Of a DNA stretch of 64,000 nucleotides, positions 31,606 to 42,878 are shown in pieces. Within the stretch, counting starts at the first letter, position 1. Every line of letters begins with the position of its first letter. The stretch comes from Chlamydiales bacterium (GTDB lineage Bacteria > Chlamydiota > Chlamydiia > Chlamydiales > JAAZZY01). Under the pieces are notes generated by a model. That model had not been told where the DNA came from and did no database searches. It saw only the letters and a list, made by a program, of their open reading frames with translations. The stretch covers positions 32,001-96,000 of the forward strand of contig CBDBKM010000008.1 of the NCBI GenBank assembly GCA_965206695.1. The letters run 5' to 3'. A program made the translations under genes and the position numbers.

Positions 31606-31642
31606 AGGATGGAAGAGTATTTTCTTCCATCCTTTTCTTTTT
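31606..31642 (+). terminator. Intrinsic terminator
   Basis: AGGATGGAAGA-GTATTT-TCTTCCATCCT followed by a T-rich tract. Confidence 0.7.
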
Positions 31643-31833
31643 ACCCCCTCTTTTTTTAAAAAAACACAATCAAAAAATATATTTCTATAATTTATTGAAA
31701 TATATAGGTTCTTTCTCTCTTTTTCCAAATTCTAAAATCCCTTATAATAAGAAATATACTTTTATACTTTATGTTAAATAAACTCCGTAGTAATTAAATA
31801 CACGGGTCAAAAGTTAAGGAAGTAATTGAAGCA

Positions 31834-32298
31834 ATGCAATGCCCTTTTTGCCGTCATGAGGAACTCAAGGTAACCGATTCACGTAATGCTATAGAAGCAA
31901 ATGCTATCAGACGGCGACGCGAATGCTTGAAATGCACTCGTCGATTTACAACTTTTGAGACTCTTGAAGTAGGTTTACAAGTACATAAACGAGACGGTCG
32001 TTATGAAGATTTTCAGGAAACCAAACTGCTTAATGGTTTAGACGCTGCTTGTAGACATACCAATATCAGTCGCGATCAAGTGCGAACTTTAGCCGGTCAA
32101 ATCACCGGTGACTTATTGGAGCGTCAAGTACGAGAAGTTACGACAAAAGAACTCGGTGAAATTGTTATGCGAAACCTTCGAGACTTAGATAATATTGCTT
32201 ATATTCGTTTTGCATGTGTATACCGTCGCTTTAAAGATATGGACGAATTAATGAATGCAATAGCTACATTGACACCTAAAGAACGCATGAAAAAATAA
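31834..32298 (+). CDS. nrdR: Transcriptional repressor NrdR
   Basis: MQCPFC..VTDSR..IRRRREC..RFTTFE, ATP cone, AYIRFA.VY. Confidence 0.96.
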   Translation: MQCPFCRHEELKVTDSRNAIEANAIRRRRECLKCTRRFTTFETLEVGLQVHKRDGRYEDFQETKLLNGLDAACRHTNISRDQVRTLAGQITGDLLERQVREVTTKELGEIVMRNLRDLDNIAYIRFACVYRRFKDMDELMNAIATLTPKERMKK

Positions 32299-32342
32299 AC
32301 TCTATTTACCATATTATTTTTCAAAGACTATAGGAGAAAACC

Positions 32343-32708
32343 ATGGCATTAACAAAAAGTGAAATTTCAATATTCAAAGCAGAATTGGAAAAACTACGGA
32401 ATCAATTGACTCATTCACTAATTGATTCAACCAAAGAAGTAAAACAACCTGATGAAGCCACAGGCTACTCTCAACATCAAGCAGACCAAGGAACAGATGA
32501 TTTTGATAGAACAATCAATATAGAAGTAACAGATAAAGAATTCGGAATATTAAAACAAATAGAGAGAGCTCTAGAAAAAATTGACGAAAATACTTATGGC
32601 ACCTGTGATATCACAGGTAATAGTATTCCTAAAAAACGCCTAGAAGCTGTTCCTTACGCTACCATGACGGTAGATGCGCAAAATAAATTTGAAAAAGGGC
32701 TATTGTGA
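32343..32708 (+). CDS. dksA: DksA/TraR family protein
   Basis: HQADQGTD, IERALEKID..TYGTCD..RLEAVPYA; chlamydial nrdR-dksA-lspA order. Confidence 0.88.
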   Translation: MALTKSEISIFKAELEKLRNQLTHSLIDSTKEVKQPDEATGYSQHQADQGTDDFDRTINIEVTDKEFGILKQIERALEKIDENTYGTCDITGNSIPKKRLEAVPYATMTVDAQNKFEKGLL

Positions 32709-33250
32709 CTAAAAAAAGACCTGTTTTAAAATTATTTTTAGTAGGTGGGTTTGTCTTTTGTGTTGATTTTATCACTAAATGGTTAACCCACAGTTATTTG
32801 CCGCTAATTTATACAACAGATTTATCATTCCCCTACGGTGGAATTGGTATTTTCAAAACTTTTTGGGGTATTCAGTTTTCTATTAATCATGCAACGAATC
32901 TCGGTGCAGCTTGGGGAATGTTTGCTGATTTTCACTTCATTCTCCTATTGATCCGTATAGGCATCATTTCAGGGCTGCTACTATATATTTTCTTTTTTAA
33001 TCGAAACCGATTATTTGATTTCCCTCTTATTTTGATTACCTTCGGCGCTCTTGGCAATATTTTTGATTCATTCTATTACGGACATGTCATTGACATGTTA
33101 TATTTTCAATTTGGACAGTATTCTTTTCCCATATTCAATGTCGCTGATACCTGCATTTTTTTAGGCATCGTTTCTTTATCTATTTTGTGTCTATTTCATA
33201 AACGTGATAAAATAGATCATGATTCAATTGAATCTTTTCATAAAAAATAA
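32705..33250 (+). CDS. lspA: Signal peptidase II
   Basis: NLGAAWG, GALGNIFD..GHVIDM, FNVAD. Confidence 0.92.
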   Translation: MTKKRPVLKLFLVGGFVFCVDFITKWLTHSYLPLIYTTDLSFPYGGIGIFKTFWGIQFSINHATNLGAAWGMFADFHFILLLIRIGIISGLLLYIFFFNRNRLFDFPLILITFGALGNIFDSFYYGHVIDMLYFQFGQYSFPIFNVADTCIFLGIVSLSILCLFHKRDKIDHDSIESFHKK

Positions 33251-33977
33251 AACCGTTTTTATTATGATTCCTTTAAGAGAAAGTACTTTAGATGTAGAGG
33301 GATTATTACATCTATCTAAGCACATTGATCAATCGTTATTAATCGATGCCGATGAAATGATTAGTCTCCTTGTAGCTCTTCAGCCCTGTTATCTCTTATC
33401 TGCAAATGGTATTGTAAAAAAGGGATCCGAATTAATAAAAAAAGATACATTTTTAAATTATTATCAAAGTTATATAACTGCTTTAAAAAACGGTGCAGAG
33501 CCTACTATAAACCGCACGCTATTCTACAGCTCATTGACAGTTGATCCTCATATCTTCTATGCTATCCCTTTAAAGGGGGATAAACAATTAATCAAAGCGA
33601 CTCAACCCGTCATACAATTAAAACCACATACTTTATCTCTTGCTTTGTATGATCAAACTATTCGCTCTGTAACGGAAAACAAAAATGGAATTTTATGGGG
33701 ACTAACATTGTCTTATCCTCAAATATTTCAGAACAGCAAAACAAAAGAATGTGTTTCTACGAATAATAACCCCGATCTTGTAAATAGTAAGCTTTTTAAT
33801 CTCTTACGAAAATGGATTAGAACTTATACAGTCGCAACCCCTTTGGAAATAAACGGTAAAAGAATCAATATACCGGCTCGCTTAGGTAAATCATGTTTCT
33901 CATGGATAAATGAACACCCTCAACTGAAAGCCAAAGGATTGTCGGTAATACAGGTGCAAAAAAATGATAACGATTGA
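33219..33977 (+). CDS. Hypothetical protein
   Basis: 252-aa ORF overlapping both neighbours in an apparent operon; exact start uncertain. Confidence 0.7.
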   Translation: MIQLNLFIKNKTVFIMIPLRESTLDVEGLLHLSKHIDQSLLIDADEMISLLVALQPCYLLSANGIVKKGSELIKKDTFLNYYQSYITALKNGAEPTINRTLFYSSLTVDPHIFYAIPLKGDKQLIKATQPVIQLKPHTLSLALYDQTIRSVTENKNGILWGLTLSYPQIFQNSKTKECVSTNNNPDLVNSKLFNLLRKWIRTYTVATPLEINGKRINIPARLGKSCFSWINEHPQLKAKGLSVIQVQKNDND

Positions 33978-35205
33978 AATTATTGCAATTAGTGATGAAG
34001 TCCTTTCAGGATTTATTGTTAATACTAATGCTGCATTTATTGCTCATACATTAGCACTTAATGGCTTTAAAGTTATCCGGCACAGCACCTTGCCTAATGA
34101 TAAATCGCGTCTTAAACAAGACATTCAATTTGCTCTTGAAAGATCGGATATTGTTATTTGCACGGGAGGATTAGGCCCTACCCATGAGGATGTTTCAAGA
34201 AAAGTCGCTGCTGAACTTTTTGATTCTGAGTTTCATTATGATGATATTCGTAAAGATTTGGAAAAACGAGATGGAAAACAACTCATAACATTAGAAGATC
34301 AAGCAACGGCACCTGCAAAAGCTCGTGTTATAAAAAACATCATTGGCACAGCGCCGGGGTTTATTTTTAAGCAAGACGATAAAGCCCTTATCTTATTACC
34401 CGGTGTACCACAAGAAATGAAACAGATGTTAAATGCTGATGTCATACCTTATCTGATTCATGTCTTTCCTCCAACAGACACTCTTTTTAGAAAAATCATT
34501 CATTTGTGTTTGCTCTCAGAATCCGTTGTCGACCGATTTTTACGTACACTCAAAATAAAATATCCTCATATACATTTTGGTATTTATTTTAAGCAAAGTT
34601 TATTAGACGTGCATATCATGTGCGTAGCCTTTTCTAAAGAGGAATCAGAAGAGCTTTTAAACCCTTGTATAAGGGATTTACATCAAGAATTTAAGCATAA
34701 CATTTTTGAATCGTTAACAGGTTACATTGAAGACGCCATTCATATGCATTTTATTCAAAATAATCAAACGTTAGCACTCGCTGAATCTTGTACGGGAGGC
34801 GCTATAGCTTCCGGGTTAACCAAAATTCCGGATGCCTCTCAATACTTTTTAGGCTCTATCGTTTCTTATACTAATGCCGCTAAAAAAAACATTCTAAATG
34901 TTAATCAAAAAACACTCGATACCTTTGGAGCTGTTAGCCAAGAAACCGTTACAGAAATGGCAATTGGAGCCGGGGAAATTTTAAAAGCTGATTATTCTAT
35001 CGCTGTTTCAGGCATAGCAGGTCCCGGTGGTGGTTCTCAAGAACAACCTGTTGGAACTATTTGGGCAGCTATTAGGAGTGCCGATAAGCCCCCGCTAGCC
35101 TGGGGCTTTATCGCAAAAGGAGATAGAAGAACCATTATAAAACGCACGGTTAATCATGTTCTGGCAAAGTTGTACTTGGAAATCCGTGATGGGATAAGGA
35201 ATTAA
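33964..35205 (+). CDS. cinA: CinA family (molybdopterin-binding domain plus NMN deamidase PncC domain)
   Basis: [37 protein letters not shown]. Confidence 0.9.
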   Translation: MITIEIIAISDEVLSGFIVNTNAAFIAHTLALNGFKVIRHSTLPNDKSRLKQDIQFALERSDIVICTGGLGPTHEDVSRKVAAELFDSEFHYDDIRKDLEKRDGKQLITLEDQATAPAKARVIKNIIGTAPGFIFKQDDKALILLPGVPQEMKQMLNADVIPYLIHVFPPTDTLFRKIIHLCLLSESVVDRFLRTLKIKYPHIHFGIYFKQSLLDVHIMCVAFSKEESEELLNPCIRDLHQEFKHNIFESLTGYIEDAIHMHFIQNNQTLALAESCTGGAIASGLTKIPDASQYFLGSIVSYTNAAKKNILNVNQKTLDTFGAVSQETVTEMAIGAGEILKADYSIAVSGIAGPGGGSQEQPVGTIWAAIRSADKPPLAWGFIAKGDRRTIIKRTVNHVLAKLYLEIRDGIRN

Positions 35206-35209
35206 TTTT

Positions 35210-37762
35210 ATGGCAAATATTTTTATAAAAGGGGCTAAAGAGCATAACCTAAAAAATATTGATGTTGAGATTCAAAGATATAAAATAGTCGTCGTAACAG
35301 GACTTAGCGGCTCAGGTAAGTCTTCCTTAGTTATGGATACGTTATATGCCGAAGGACAGAGACGCTATGTTGAATCCCTTTCATCTTATGCCAGACAATT
35401 TCTTGGTTTGATGGAAAAACCTGATGTGGATCATATAGAAGGGCTATCACCTGCTATTGCTATCGACCAAAAATCCGGCACCAAAAACCCCCGTTCTACA
35501 GTCGGCACTATCACTGAAATCTATGATTACTTACGCTTAGCCTTTGCTCGTATTGGACAGCCCCATTGCCCAAAATGCCGTACCCCTATCTCGAAACAAT
35601 CCATTAGCTCCATTATCGACCGGATAGAGAAGAAATATAACAATAAAAAACTTATTATTTTATCTCCCATTATCAAAGGAATTAAAGGCGAGCACAAAGA
35701 AATCATGCGCTCGCTCACTAAAGAAGGATTTTTAAGAGCCAGAATTGATGGAGAGATAACAAGCTTAGAAAATGACTTAGAGCTTCAACGTTATCAGATG
35801 CACACAATAGAAGTTGTCATCGATCGCCTTATGATCAAAGAAGGCGTTCGATCCCGTCTGGCTGATTCTATTGAAACAGCTATGAAAATGGGCAAAGGAT
35901 CACTTATCATCCATTCTGAAGATACTGATGAGGTCTTTTCTGAAAAATTCGCCTGCACAGCTTGTGGATATAGTTATAAGGAATTGTCTCCACGTCTTTT
36001 TTCTTTTAATAGCCCTTACGGCGCCTGTCCTAAATGTGATGGCTTAGGTAGCTGTCCGACACATATCAGACAACTGCCTAGATTGATGTATCGTTATCAA
36101 AAAACTCAATCGTTAAGAATAAAAGAAAAAATCGAAGAGACTATGAGTGAAGTTACTTGCCCTTCTTGCTCAGGCTCCCGTCTTAATAAAGAAGCTTTAT
36201 CCGTATTCTTAAATAAAAAAAATATTGACAACGTATCCACTCTTTCTATTGAAGATCTAAAATACTTCTTTGAGTCGTTAAAGCTTAATAAACAAGAATC
36301 CGTCATTGCAGAAAAAATCAAACGGGAAATTTTAGCACGTATCAATTTTTTAATTGATGTTGGTTTAGGTTATTTAAGCCTTTCTCGCACTGCCGGAACG
36401 CTATCCGGTGGTGAATCTCAACGTATTCGCCTAGCCACACAAATTGGATCGGGCCTGGTTAACGTTCTCTATGTATTGGATGAACCGAGTATCGGTCTGC
36501 ATCAAAAAGATAACGACCGCCTTTTACTGACGCTTGAAAACTTACGTAACGCCGGTAATACCCTCGTGATCATAGAACATGATGAAGACACAATGAAACG
36601 AGCCGATCAAATCATCGACTTAGGGCCAAAAGCGGGTATCCATGGTGGCAAGCTTATCTTTTCAGGCTCTTACCAAGACATTTTAAAATGTAAACAGTCG
36701 TTAACAGGTCAATATCTAAGTGGCAAGGAATGCATCTCTATTCCTAAAAAAAGACGAGTTGGAAATGACTTATTTCTTAGTATAAAAAATGCAAGACTCA
36801 ATAATTTAAAAAATCTTGACGTCGCCTTTCCTTTAGGTAAATTTATCTGCATTACAGGTGTATCCGGCTCCGGGAAAAGCTCTTTAATAAACAATGTTTT
36901 ATACGAAGGATTAAATGCACACCTTAATCGCAAAAAAATAAAAGTCAGCCTCTGTGATGGTTTTGAGGGCGTAGAGAACATTGATAAAATGATCGTTATT
37001 AATCAAGCGCCCATTGGTCGAACGCCCAGATCAAATCCTGCTACTTATGCCGGCTTTTTTAATTATATTCGTGACCTTTTTGCACGCCTGCCTGCTGCTC
37101 AGATGCGCGGGTATTCACCGGGTCGCTTTTCTTTTAATGTTAAAGGCGGTAGATGTGAGTCCTGTGAAGGTAGTGGTCGATTAAAAATCGAAATGCATTT
37201 TATGCCTGATATTTATATCACTTGTGATGAATGTAAGGGCACACGTTTTAATAAAGAGACATTAGACATCTTATTCAAAGGCAAAAATATTTCTGATGTC
37301 TTGAATATGACCGTAGAAGAAGCTTTTATTTTCTTTGAAAATATCCCTTCGATTAAAACCAAATTAGAGACCTTATGCCAAGTAGGCTTATCTTATATTC
37401 AGTTGAGCCAATCAGCTACCACCCTATCGGGTGGTGAAGCACAGAGAATAAAGCTCGCTAAAGAGCTTAGTAAACCGGGCACAGGGAAAACCCTTTATAT
37501 CCTTGATGAACCCACTACAGGGCTTCATTTTGCTGATATAGCCAAACTACTGGGGGTCCTCAATCGGTTAATCGATAAAGGAAATACCATTATCGTTATC
37601 GAACATAATTTAGATGTGATTAAAGTCTCAGATCATATTATTGATCTAGGCCCTAACGGAGGAGATAAAGGAGGGCAAATAATAGTAGAAGGCACACCTG
37701 AAAAAGTAGCTAAAGAAACAAAATCATATACGGGTCACTATCTTAAATCGATACTACAATAA
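35210..37762 (+). CDS. uvrA: Excinuclease ABC subunit A (single-length, shortened insertion domain)
   Basis: Two ABC modules ([32 protein letters not shown]) and Zn fingers. Confidence 0.93.
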   Translation: MANIFIKGAKEHNLKNIDVEIQRYKIVVVTGLSGSGKSSLVMDTLYAEGQRRYVESLSSYARQFLGLMEKPDVDHIEGLSPAIAIDQKSGTKNPRSTVGTITEIYDYLRLAFARIGQPHCPKCRTPISKQSISSIIDRIEKKYNNKKLIILSPIIKGIKGEHKEIMRSLTKEGFLRARIDGEITSLENDLELQRYQMHTIEVVIDRLMIKEGVRSRLADSIETAMKMGKGSLIIHSEDTDEVFSEKFACTACGYSYKELSPRLFSFNSPYGACPKCDGLGSCPTHIRQLPRLMYRYQKTQSLRIKEKIEETMSEVTCPSCSGSRLNKEALSVFLNKKNIDNVSTLSIEDLKYFFESLKLNKQESVIAEKIKREILARINFLIDVGLGYLSLSRTAGTLSGGESQRIRLATQIGSGLVNVLYVLDEPSIGLHQKDNDRLLLTLENLRNAGNTLVIIEHDEDTMKRADQIIDLGPKAGIHGGKLIFSGSYQDILKCKQSLTGQYLSGKECISIPKKRRVGNDLFLSIKNARLNNLKNLDVAFPLGKFICITGVSGSGKSSLINNVLYEGLNAHLNRKKIKVSLCDGFEGVENIDKMIVINQAPIGRTPRSNPATYAGFFNYIRDLFARLPAAQMRGYSPGRFSFNVKGGRCESCEGSGRLKIEMHFMPDIYITCDECKGTRFNKETLDILFKGKNISDVLNMTVEEAFIFFENIPSIKTKLETLCQVGLSYIQLSQSATTLSGGEAQRIKLAKELSKPGTGKTLYILDEPTTGLHFADIAKLLGVLNRLIDKGNTIIVIEHNLDVIKVSDHIIDLGPNGGDKGGQIIVEGTPEKVAKETKSYTGHYLKSILQ

Positions 37763-37956
37763 ATTTATATTAAATATATTTTACATATTAAATGATATCG
37801 CAAAAAAAACCGGTTTTTAAATACTTTTTAATTTAAAATAATGCAATATTATTAACTAAATATTTTTGCTGTTTGCAAGCAAACTTTTCTTGAATCAAAA
37901 GAGCATTATTACTAGTGTCTAATTTTTAGATATTAACCAAATTATCTATAATTTCT

Positions 37957-39207
37957 ATGATAAGACGCTTTAAAAAGCATCCGATGTTCCCTATATTTAT
38001 TGTGGTCTTTTTTGGATTTATTGGATTTAGCCTTCCCTTTCCGATATTCGCTCCCATGTTTTTAGATCCGGCTAGAAATATCCTTTTTACCAATGCTTCT
38101 ATAGAATTTCGAACCACTATGTTAGGTGTCTTATTAGCCTCGTACCCCTTCGGACAATTTTTTGGAGCCCCCGTTCTAGGACAATTATCTGATCGTTATG
38201 GTAGAAGAAAGATTCTTATTTTTTCTTTAATAGGCACCATGCTTGCTTATGTAGTCAGTGCGATTGCTATCTATATGCATTCCCTTTGGCTTTTAATTGT
38301 CAGTCGCCTTGTCTGCGGATGTTCAGAAGGAAATTTTTCCATAGCACAAGCTGCGGCTGCAGACATTAGCTGTGGACATGAAAGAACCAGAAATTTTGGA
38401 TTAATCAATATAGCTGCTAGTTTGGGGTTTATCGTCGGCCCTGTTATAGGAGGAAAATTAGCCGATCCTAATCTCGTTAGTTGGTTTGATTATGCTATTC
38501 CCTTCTGGTTTTCAGCCATCTTTTCTCTACTCACTATCGTTTTAATTACTTGGCAATTTGTTGAAACGATACATGAAAATATCGATAGAATGGACTATCA
38601 CATTATAACAGGTGTTGTCCGATTGCTGAAAAGCTTTAGGTCTCATCGCTTAAGAAGATTATACCTGATTAATTTTTTATTTTTCTTCGGACTCTATTTC
38701 TTTTATCAATTTTTCCCCTCTTTTCTAGTGAGTGAATATGAATTCACCCCTAGTATTATCGCCAATGTCTGTGCTTATTTTGCAGTTACACTTATCTTAA
38801 GCCAACTCCTAATCGTTCATCCCCTAGCCGGATGGATGCACGCTAAAACGGCTACCGTTATAGGAGCTTTTATATTAGGACCTATTCTGATCATCATTGG
38901 TTTTCAAGATTGGCCTCACTCTCTTTGGATTACCATGCCTATTTTATCCATATTTGTAGGCCTTAGCACAACGAATATCCAAATGTTAGTCTCAGAATCC
39001 GTTCATCATGATATTCATGGTGAAATTCTGGGTGTCACGTATTCCATGCGCCTTTTAAGTGAAATCTTAACTAGCTTAATTGGAGGATATATCGCAGGTA
39101 TTTTGATCAACACACCTATTTTAGTAGGTGGTGTGATAGCTTCTTTATCAGCTCTTATTTTATTCTTTGGGGTCAAAAAGAATGCAGAACCCTACCAACA
39201 TCCTTAA
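37957..39207 (+). CDS. MFS transporter (TetA/DHA1-like)
   Basis: Motif A GQLSDRYGRR, motif C GFIVGPVIGG, many TM segments. Confidence 0.88.
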   Translation: MIRRFKKHPMFPIFIVVFFGFIGFSLPFPIFAPMFLDPARNILFTNASIEFRTTMLGVLLASYPFGQFFGAPVLGQLSDRYGRRKILIFSLIGTMLAYVVSAIAIYMHSLWLLIVSRLVCGCSEGNFSIAQAAAADISCGHERTRNFGLINIAASLGFIVGPVIGGKLADPNLVSWFDYAIPFWFSAIFSLLTIVLITWQFVETIHENIDRMDYHIITGVVRLLKSFRSHRLRRLYLINFLFFFGLYFFYQFFPSFLVSEYEFTPSIIANVCAYFAVTLILSQLLIVHPLAGWMHAKTATVIGAFILGPILIIIGFQDWPHSLWITMPILSIFVGLSTTNIQMLVSESVHHDIHGEILGVTYSMRLLSEILTSLIGGYIAGILINTPILVGGVIASLSALILFFGVKKNAEPYQHP

Positions 39208-39299
39208 CCATCCATTGATACGTTATTCTTCAGAGCCTATCTCAGGGTTGGTTTTAAATTGTTGACGATACTCGGATGTATGGTATTTCCCTCCATCGA

Positions 39300-39469
39300 A
39301 AGACTTCTGCATAACTGACTTGATAATATTTTTTAACACCCACTGATTGTCTAAACTTATTTTTCATTTATTTTGATAAATTTTATAATAAGCAGTTTTT
39401 TTATTATAGGTGCAAAGCATCGCATAGGCGCCAAGGATCGTTGCCGAAAATCAGTTATGCAGAGGTCTT
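39300..39469. mobile_element. 170-bp non-coding MITE-like element with IS5-type terminal inverted repeats
   Basis: AAGACTTCTGCATAACTGA ... TCAGTTATGCAGAGGTCTT (18/19 inverted match). Confidence 0.75.
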
Positions 39470-39665
39470 ATTCATGGATTCTTTCCTTACACTTAAGTTA
39501 AAAGTCAGCTAAGCGATATTTTTTATCTATCTATTTATCAATAACTTATGCGTTTTTTAAAGAAGAGTTAACTATATGTTACAACATAATCGTGCATGAG
39601 AACATATAATCAGGGTTGATTTTACTCTATATCCTAACCTATTTCGTAGTTAATGATATTAAATA

Positions 39666-42600
39666 TTAAAAAATAATAATATTATTATCAGATAATAAAA
39701 GTGGTAAAATTTCAACTACCGTTGGAGACCAGTCAAGACCTTTCTTATAGACCATACGAGAGGCTAAGTGACAAGCAATAATCGCCTTTTTATGACTTTC
39801 GGGGATTTCTGTCATGAGTTTCTCTTGAAAGTGCTCCTGCAATATGGGAAGGCAGTATGACAAAAAACAACGAACCAGCGGATGATTCGGATCCGTTGCT
39901 AACTCCACTCCATTAAGATAATCAAGTAACTGATACGTATATAGATTGATTTTTTCCGATACCAGATCAGAAAGATCGCTAAGATATGCCCCTTTCTCTT
40001 TATGATTAGTAAGAAGAAGAGTCGCTTCTTCCAGGGCTCTTTTTTCTAAAACCTCTAACACCTCTTTTACTATGGTAGAATGATGAGCGACCATTTCCTG
40101 ATCACTCATGGTTAAGCCACAAAGAACTTCATAAGAAGAGGCAATAACACCACATTTATTGGCTGAACTATCTTTGATAATTAAAACACCTAAATCTTCT
40201 AATTGCCTTCTAGCTCGAGGGGTTAGGTATAGATTGGCACCTTCTACTATAGCTTTTGAAGTCGGTGCACCTGTGCTATCGAGATAGCTTTGATAATTCG
40301 AACTATTTAAAGATCCGGGCCGCCCTCCACAAGGAATAAAAATATCTACCGGTGTTTGATGAACGTTATTTCGAAATAAAGCATTCATTTCACTACCGGA
40401 GAGCCAATCTTGCATTAACTTATTATTTTTCTTATGCCAACATAACGTCTGTTGTGCGTAAGCTGTTTGATCTCGCTTGACGTGCATATCAAGTAAAAAG
40501 CTGCCTTCTGATAATTTCTCCGGTGGATAAAATTTTATCGACTTTTCTTCATTAAAAAGACCCACTAAAATATCAAGATCCAACCCTTCAGGATCGTGAA
40601 TTGTACCTGAAATATCTGTCAAAGCAATAAGCTTAGCTGTATTGGGATACAGGTGATGCAAGTTTTTTATTTGATTGCCGGCCACATCTCCATCAGGCCC
40701 TCCTGATATTTTGATTGTAAAGGTATCCTTTTCAGGATCGATACCAATATACGATAACACTTCATGCATATAAACATTCACACCGAGAGAGGTTACCCCA
40801 TGCTCTTTATGGTTAATACCTATATTTGGTTTACTCGAAATAAAAGAAGTGCCCGGTTTATAACCAAATTTTTTACTTAAATTAGCAATCCAATCAATAA
40901 TATCCGTTTGCATATTTTCATCAGGTCCCAAATAAACGTACTCGGGTTTTTGGAGGTAATCGACAATATCCTTCGCTCTTAAAACACCATCATTTTCGCA
41001 ATTAATAAGTGTTAACAAGGCGGCTATGAATGCTCTTTGTGCTTGTTTAAGATATTCTGTTCGCTGCAAAGTGATAAAATCTTGAACTTGTGCTTCTATC
41101 TCTTCTTTTTTGATGTCAGTAGCCTTCAACTCTTTTGCTAATATATTAGCTTCTATATTTAATCTCTCCAAAGCTTCTACAAAAATAACCCCTTTAGAAC
41201 CTCCTTCAGGAATATCTTTATTTTTTTTATGTTGCGTATAGGCTAAGGAATAGTTTTCCATAAAAACTTCATTACGCTCTAACTGCGCAAATTCTAGCCT
41301 CTTAGGAAAAACAGTTCGAAGCCCTCCTCTAGAAAGGTCTTTGAAGCGAATATGAAATCCAATAAAATACATCCCTGTAATAAAAAAGATCGCATAAGGC
41401 AATTCAGAGAAAAATTCCTCTCTTTTGAATGGAGCATGATCGAGATATCTAGGATCTAAATGAAAACTAAACGCGGCTTTATTGTTGCGATAGAAATTTG
41501 TCTTCAACGTATACTCAACAAAATTCATTGATTGTTTTAATACATTTTTTCGTCTTCTATCTATATCGACTTTACCTGTGTCTAAATTGTCTACTAATAC
41601 AAAATATTGATCCCTTAGCGTTCGATATTCTCTAATATCATGTTTCTCCGGATGGAATTTATATTCAAAAGCTTTGCATAAACGAACGATTAATTCCGGA
41701 TGGCGACATAGCGCTTCTTGGATATGAGCTAAAGAATAAAAATAAGGATCAATATGGACCAATACTTGATGAACAAAATCACATAAAGCTCTTAAGAAGT
41801 TACCCATATTTCCTCTTAATAGCTGCGTATCAACGAAGGTTTTTTCAATATCGTCTATCTGAGCAAAATATTTAACCGTAACGAGTTCTTTTAGAAAATC
41901 CGGAAGATTCACTAAATTCCAAGCAGCTTCACCATTACTTCCATGTAATGCCATGACCATCATTAATATGTTTTGGTTTGCATAAGGGTCAATATAAGTC
42001 GCATTGACCCGCTTCATAACCAATCCATGCCTGAAAATACTCCGCGATAAATGATATAGAAAATTAGCTTTAGAAGTATTGCGCCACGCTAACACAATGT
42101 ACATAGAAGCGCCACCCGTAGTCTTCCAATCTTCATTGTAGCGAACCTCATATTGGCACTGATCTCTTGTTCGGGCTCTAAAATACATATCTAGAGCTAA
42201 AATAAGATAATTTTCATTAACCGTTTTTAAAAACCGCGTGTTCATATCTGAGAATAAATTATCGAAAGTACCTTCTGATACCTTTGGATTTCTCTCCCGG
42301 ACTAGATTTTTCAATCTTGATTTATCCTCATCAGCAACCAGAAAAACATCGACATCCACATTAACCGTAAAACTCATTGTAACAATACGAATATTTTGAA
42401 TAATCCCTTGAATAGGAGGAGGTTTTGTAGAGATGTAAGAACAGTAATAACTCATGCCATAATGGCTGAAATTTTTCAAAATCTTCATATCGGCATTATT
42501 ACTATCTAAGCAGAGAACAATAGCCCCCCCGGTTAGATTGATTTGAGAATAATAATTTTCAAGGTGAAACCCCATAAGACTATGGGCAATTAACATGACA

Positions 42601-42743
42601 TTTTCCGGTTTGATCTCCGAGAAGAACAATTCCGGCATAGCCTCTTCAAGCCAGAGATGATACTCCTTAAATCTCTGAGCCTCATTCTGTATTGCAATCA
42701 TCAATTGCGCACGAGAATGAATTAGCTCATCCCTGGATTCCAT
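39666..42743 (-). CDS. Large NAD-dependent glutamate dehydrogenase
   Basis: GFHIRFKDLSRGGLR, KNKDIPEGGSKG, LGPDEN, HKEHGVTS, GGPDGDVAGN, EGANL, DSSANKCGV. Confidence 0.9.
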   Translation of the reverse strand: MESRDELIHSRAQLMIAIQNEAQRFKEYHLWLEEAMPELFFSEIKPENVMLIAHSLMGFHLENYYSQINLTGGAIVLCLDSNNADMKILKNFSHYGMSYYCSYISTKPPPIQGIIQNIRIVTMSFTVNVDVDVFLVADEDKSRLKNLVRERNPKVSEGTFDNLFSDMNTRFLKTVNENYLILALDMYFRARTRDQCQYEVRYNEDWKTTGGASMYIVLAWRNTSKANFLYHLSRSIFRHGLVMKRVNATYIDPYANQNILMMVMALHGSNGEAAWNLVNLPDFLKELVTVKYFAQIDDIEKTFVDTQLLRGNMGNFLRALCDFVHQVLVHIDPYFYSLAHIQEALCRHPELIVRLCKAFEYKFHPEKHDIREYRTLRDQYFVLVDNLDTGKVDIDRRRKNVLKQSMNFVEYTLKTNFYRNNKAAFSFHLDPRYLDHAPFKREEFFSELPYAIFFITGMYFIGFHIRFKDLSRGGLRTVFPKRLEFAQLERNEVFMENYSLAYTQHKKNKDIPEGGSKGVIFVEALERLNIEANILAKELKATDIKKEEIEAQVQDFITLQRTEYLKQAQRAFIAALLTLINCENDGVLRAKDIVDYLQKPEYVYLGPDENMQTDIIDWIANLSKKFGYKPGTSFISSKPNIGINHKEHGVTSLGVNVYMHEVLSYIGIDPEKDTFTIKISGGPDGDVAGNQIKNLHHLYPNTAKLIALTDISGTIHDPEGLDLDILVGLFNEEKSIKFYPPEKLSEGSFLLDMHVKRDQTAYAQQTLCWHKKNNKLMQDWLSGSEMNALFRNNVHQTPVDIFIPCGGRPGSLNSSNYQSYLDSTGAPTSKAIVEGANLYLTPRARRQLEDLGVLIIKDSSANKCGVIASSYEVLCGLTMSDQEMVAHHSTIVKEVLEVLEKRALEEATLLLTNHKEKGAYLSDLSDLVSEKINLYTYQLLDYLNGVELATDPNHPLVRCFLSYCLPILQEHFQEKLMTEIPESHKKAIIACHLASRMVYKKGLDWSPTVVEILPLLLSDNNIIIF

Positions 42744-42878
42744 TCAACTTTTCCTTCATAGAGCGATTGTTATGCCATTATTTTACTAATAGCCTCAAAA
42801 GTCGATTAATTTCAAGATAAACACCTATAGAATGATCGACTTTAAAAATACCTCTTTAAATTCGGCTAACTCATTAAT

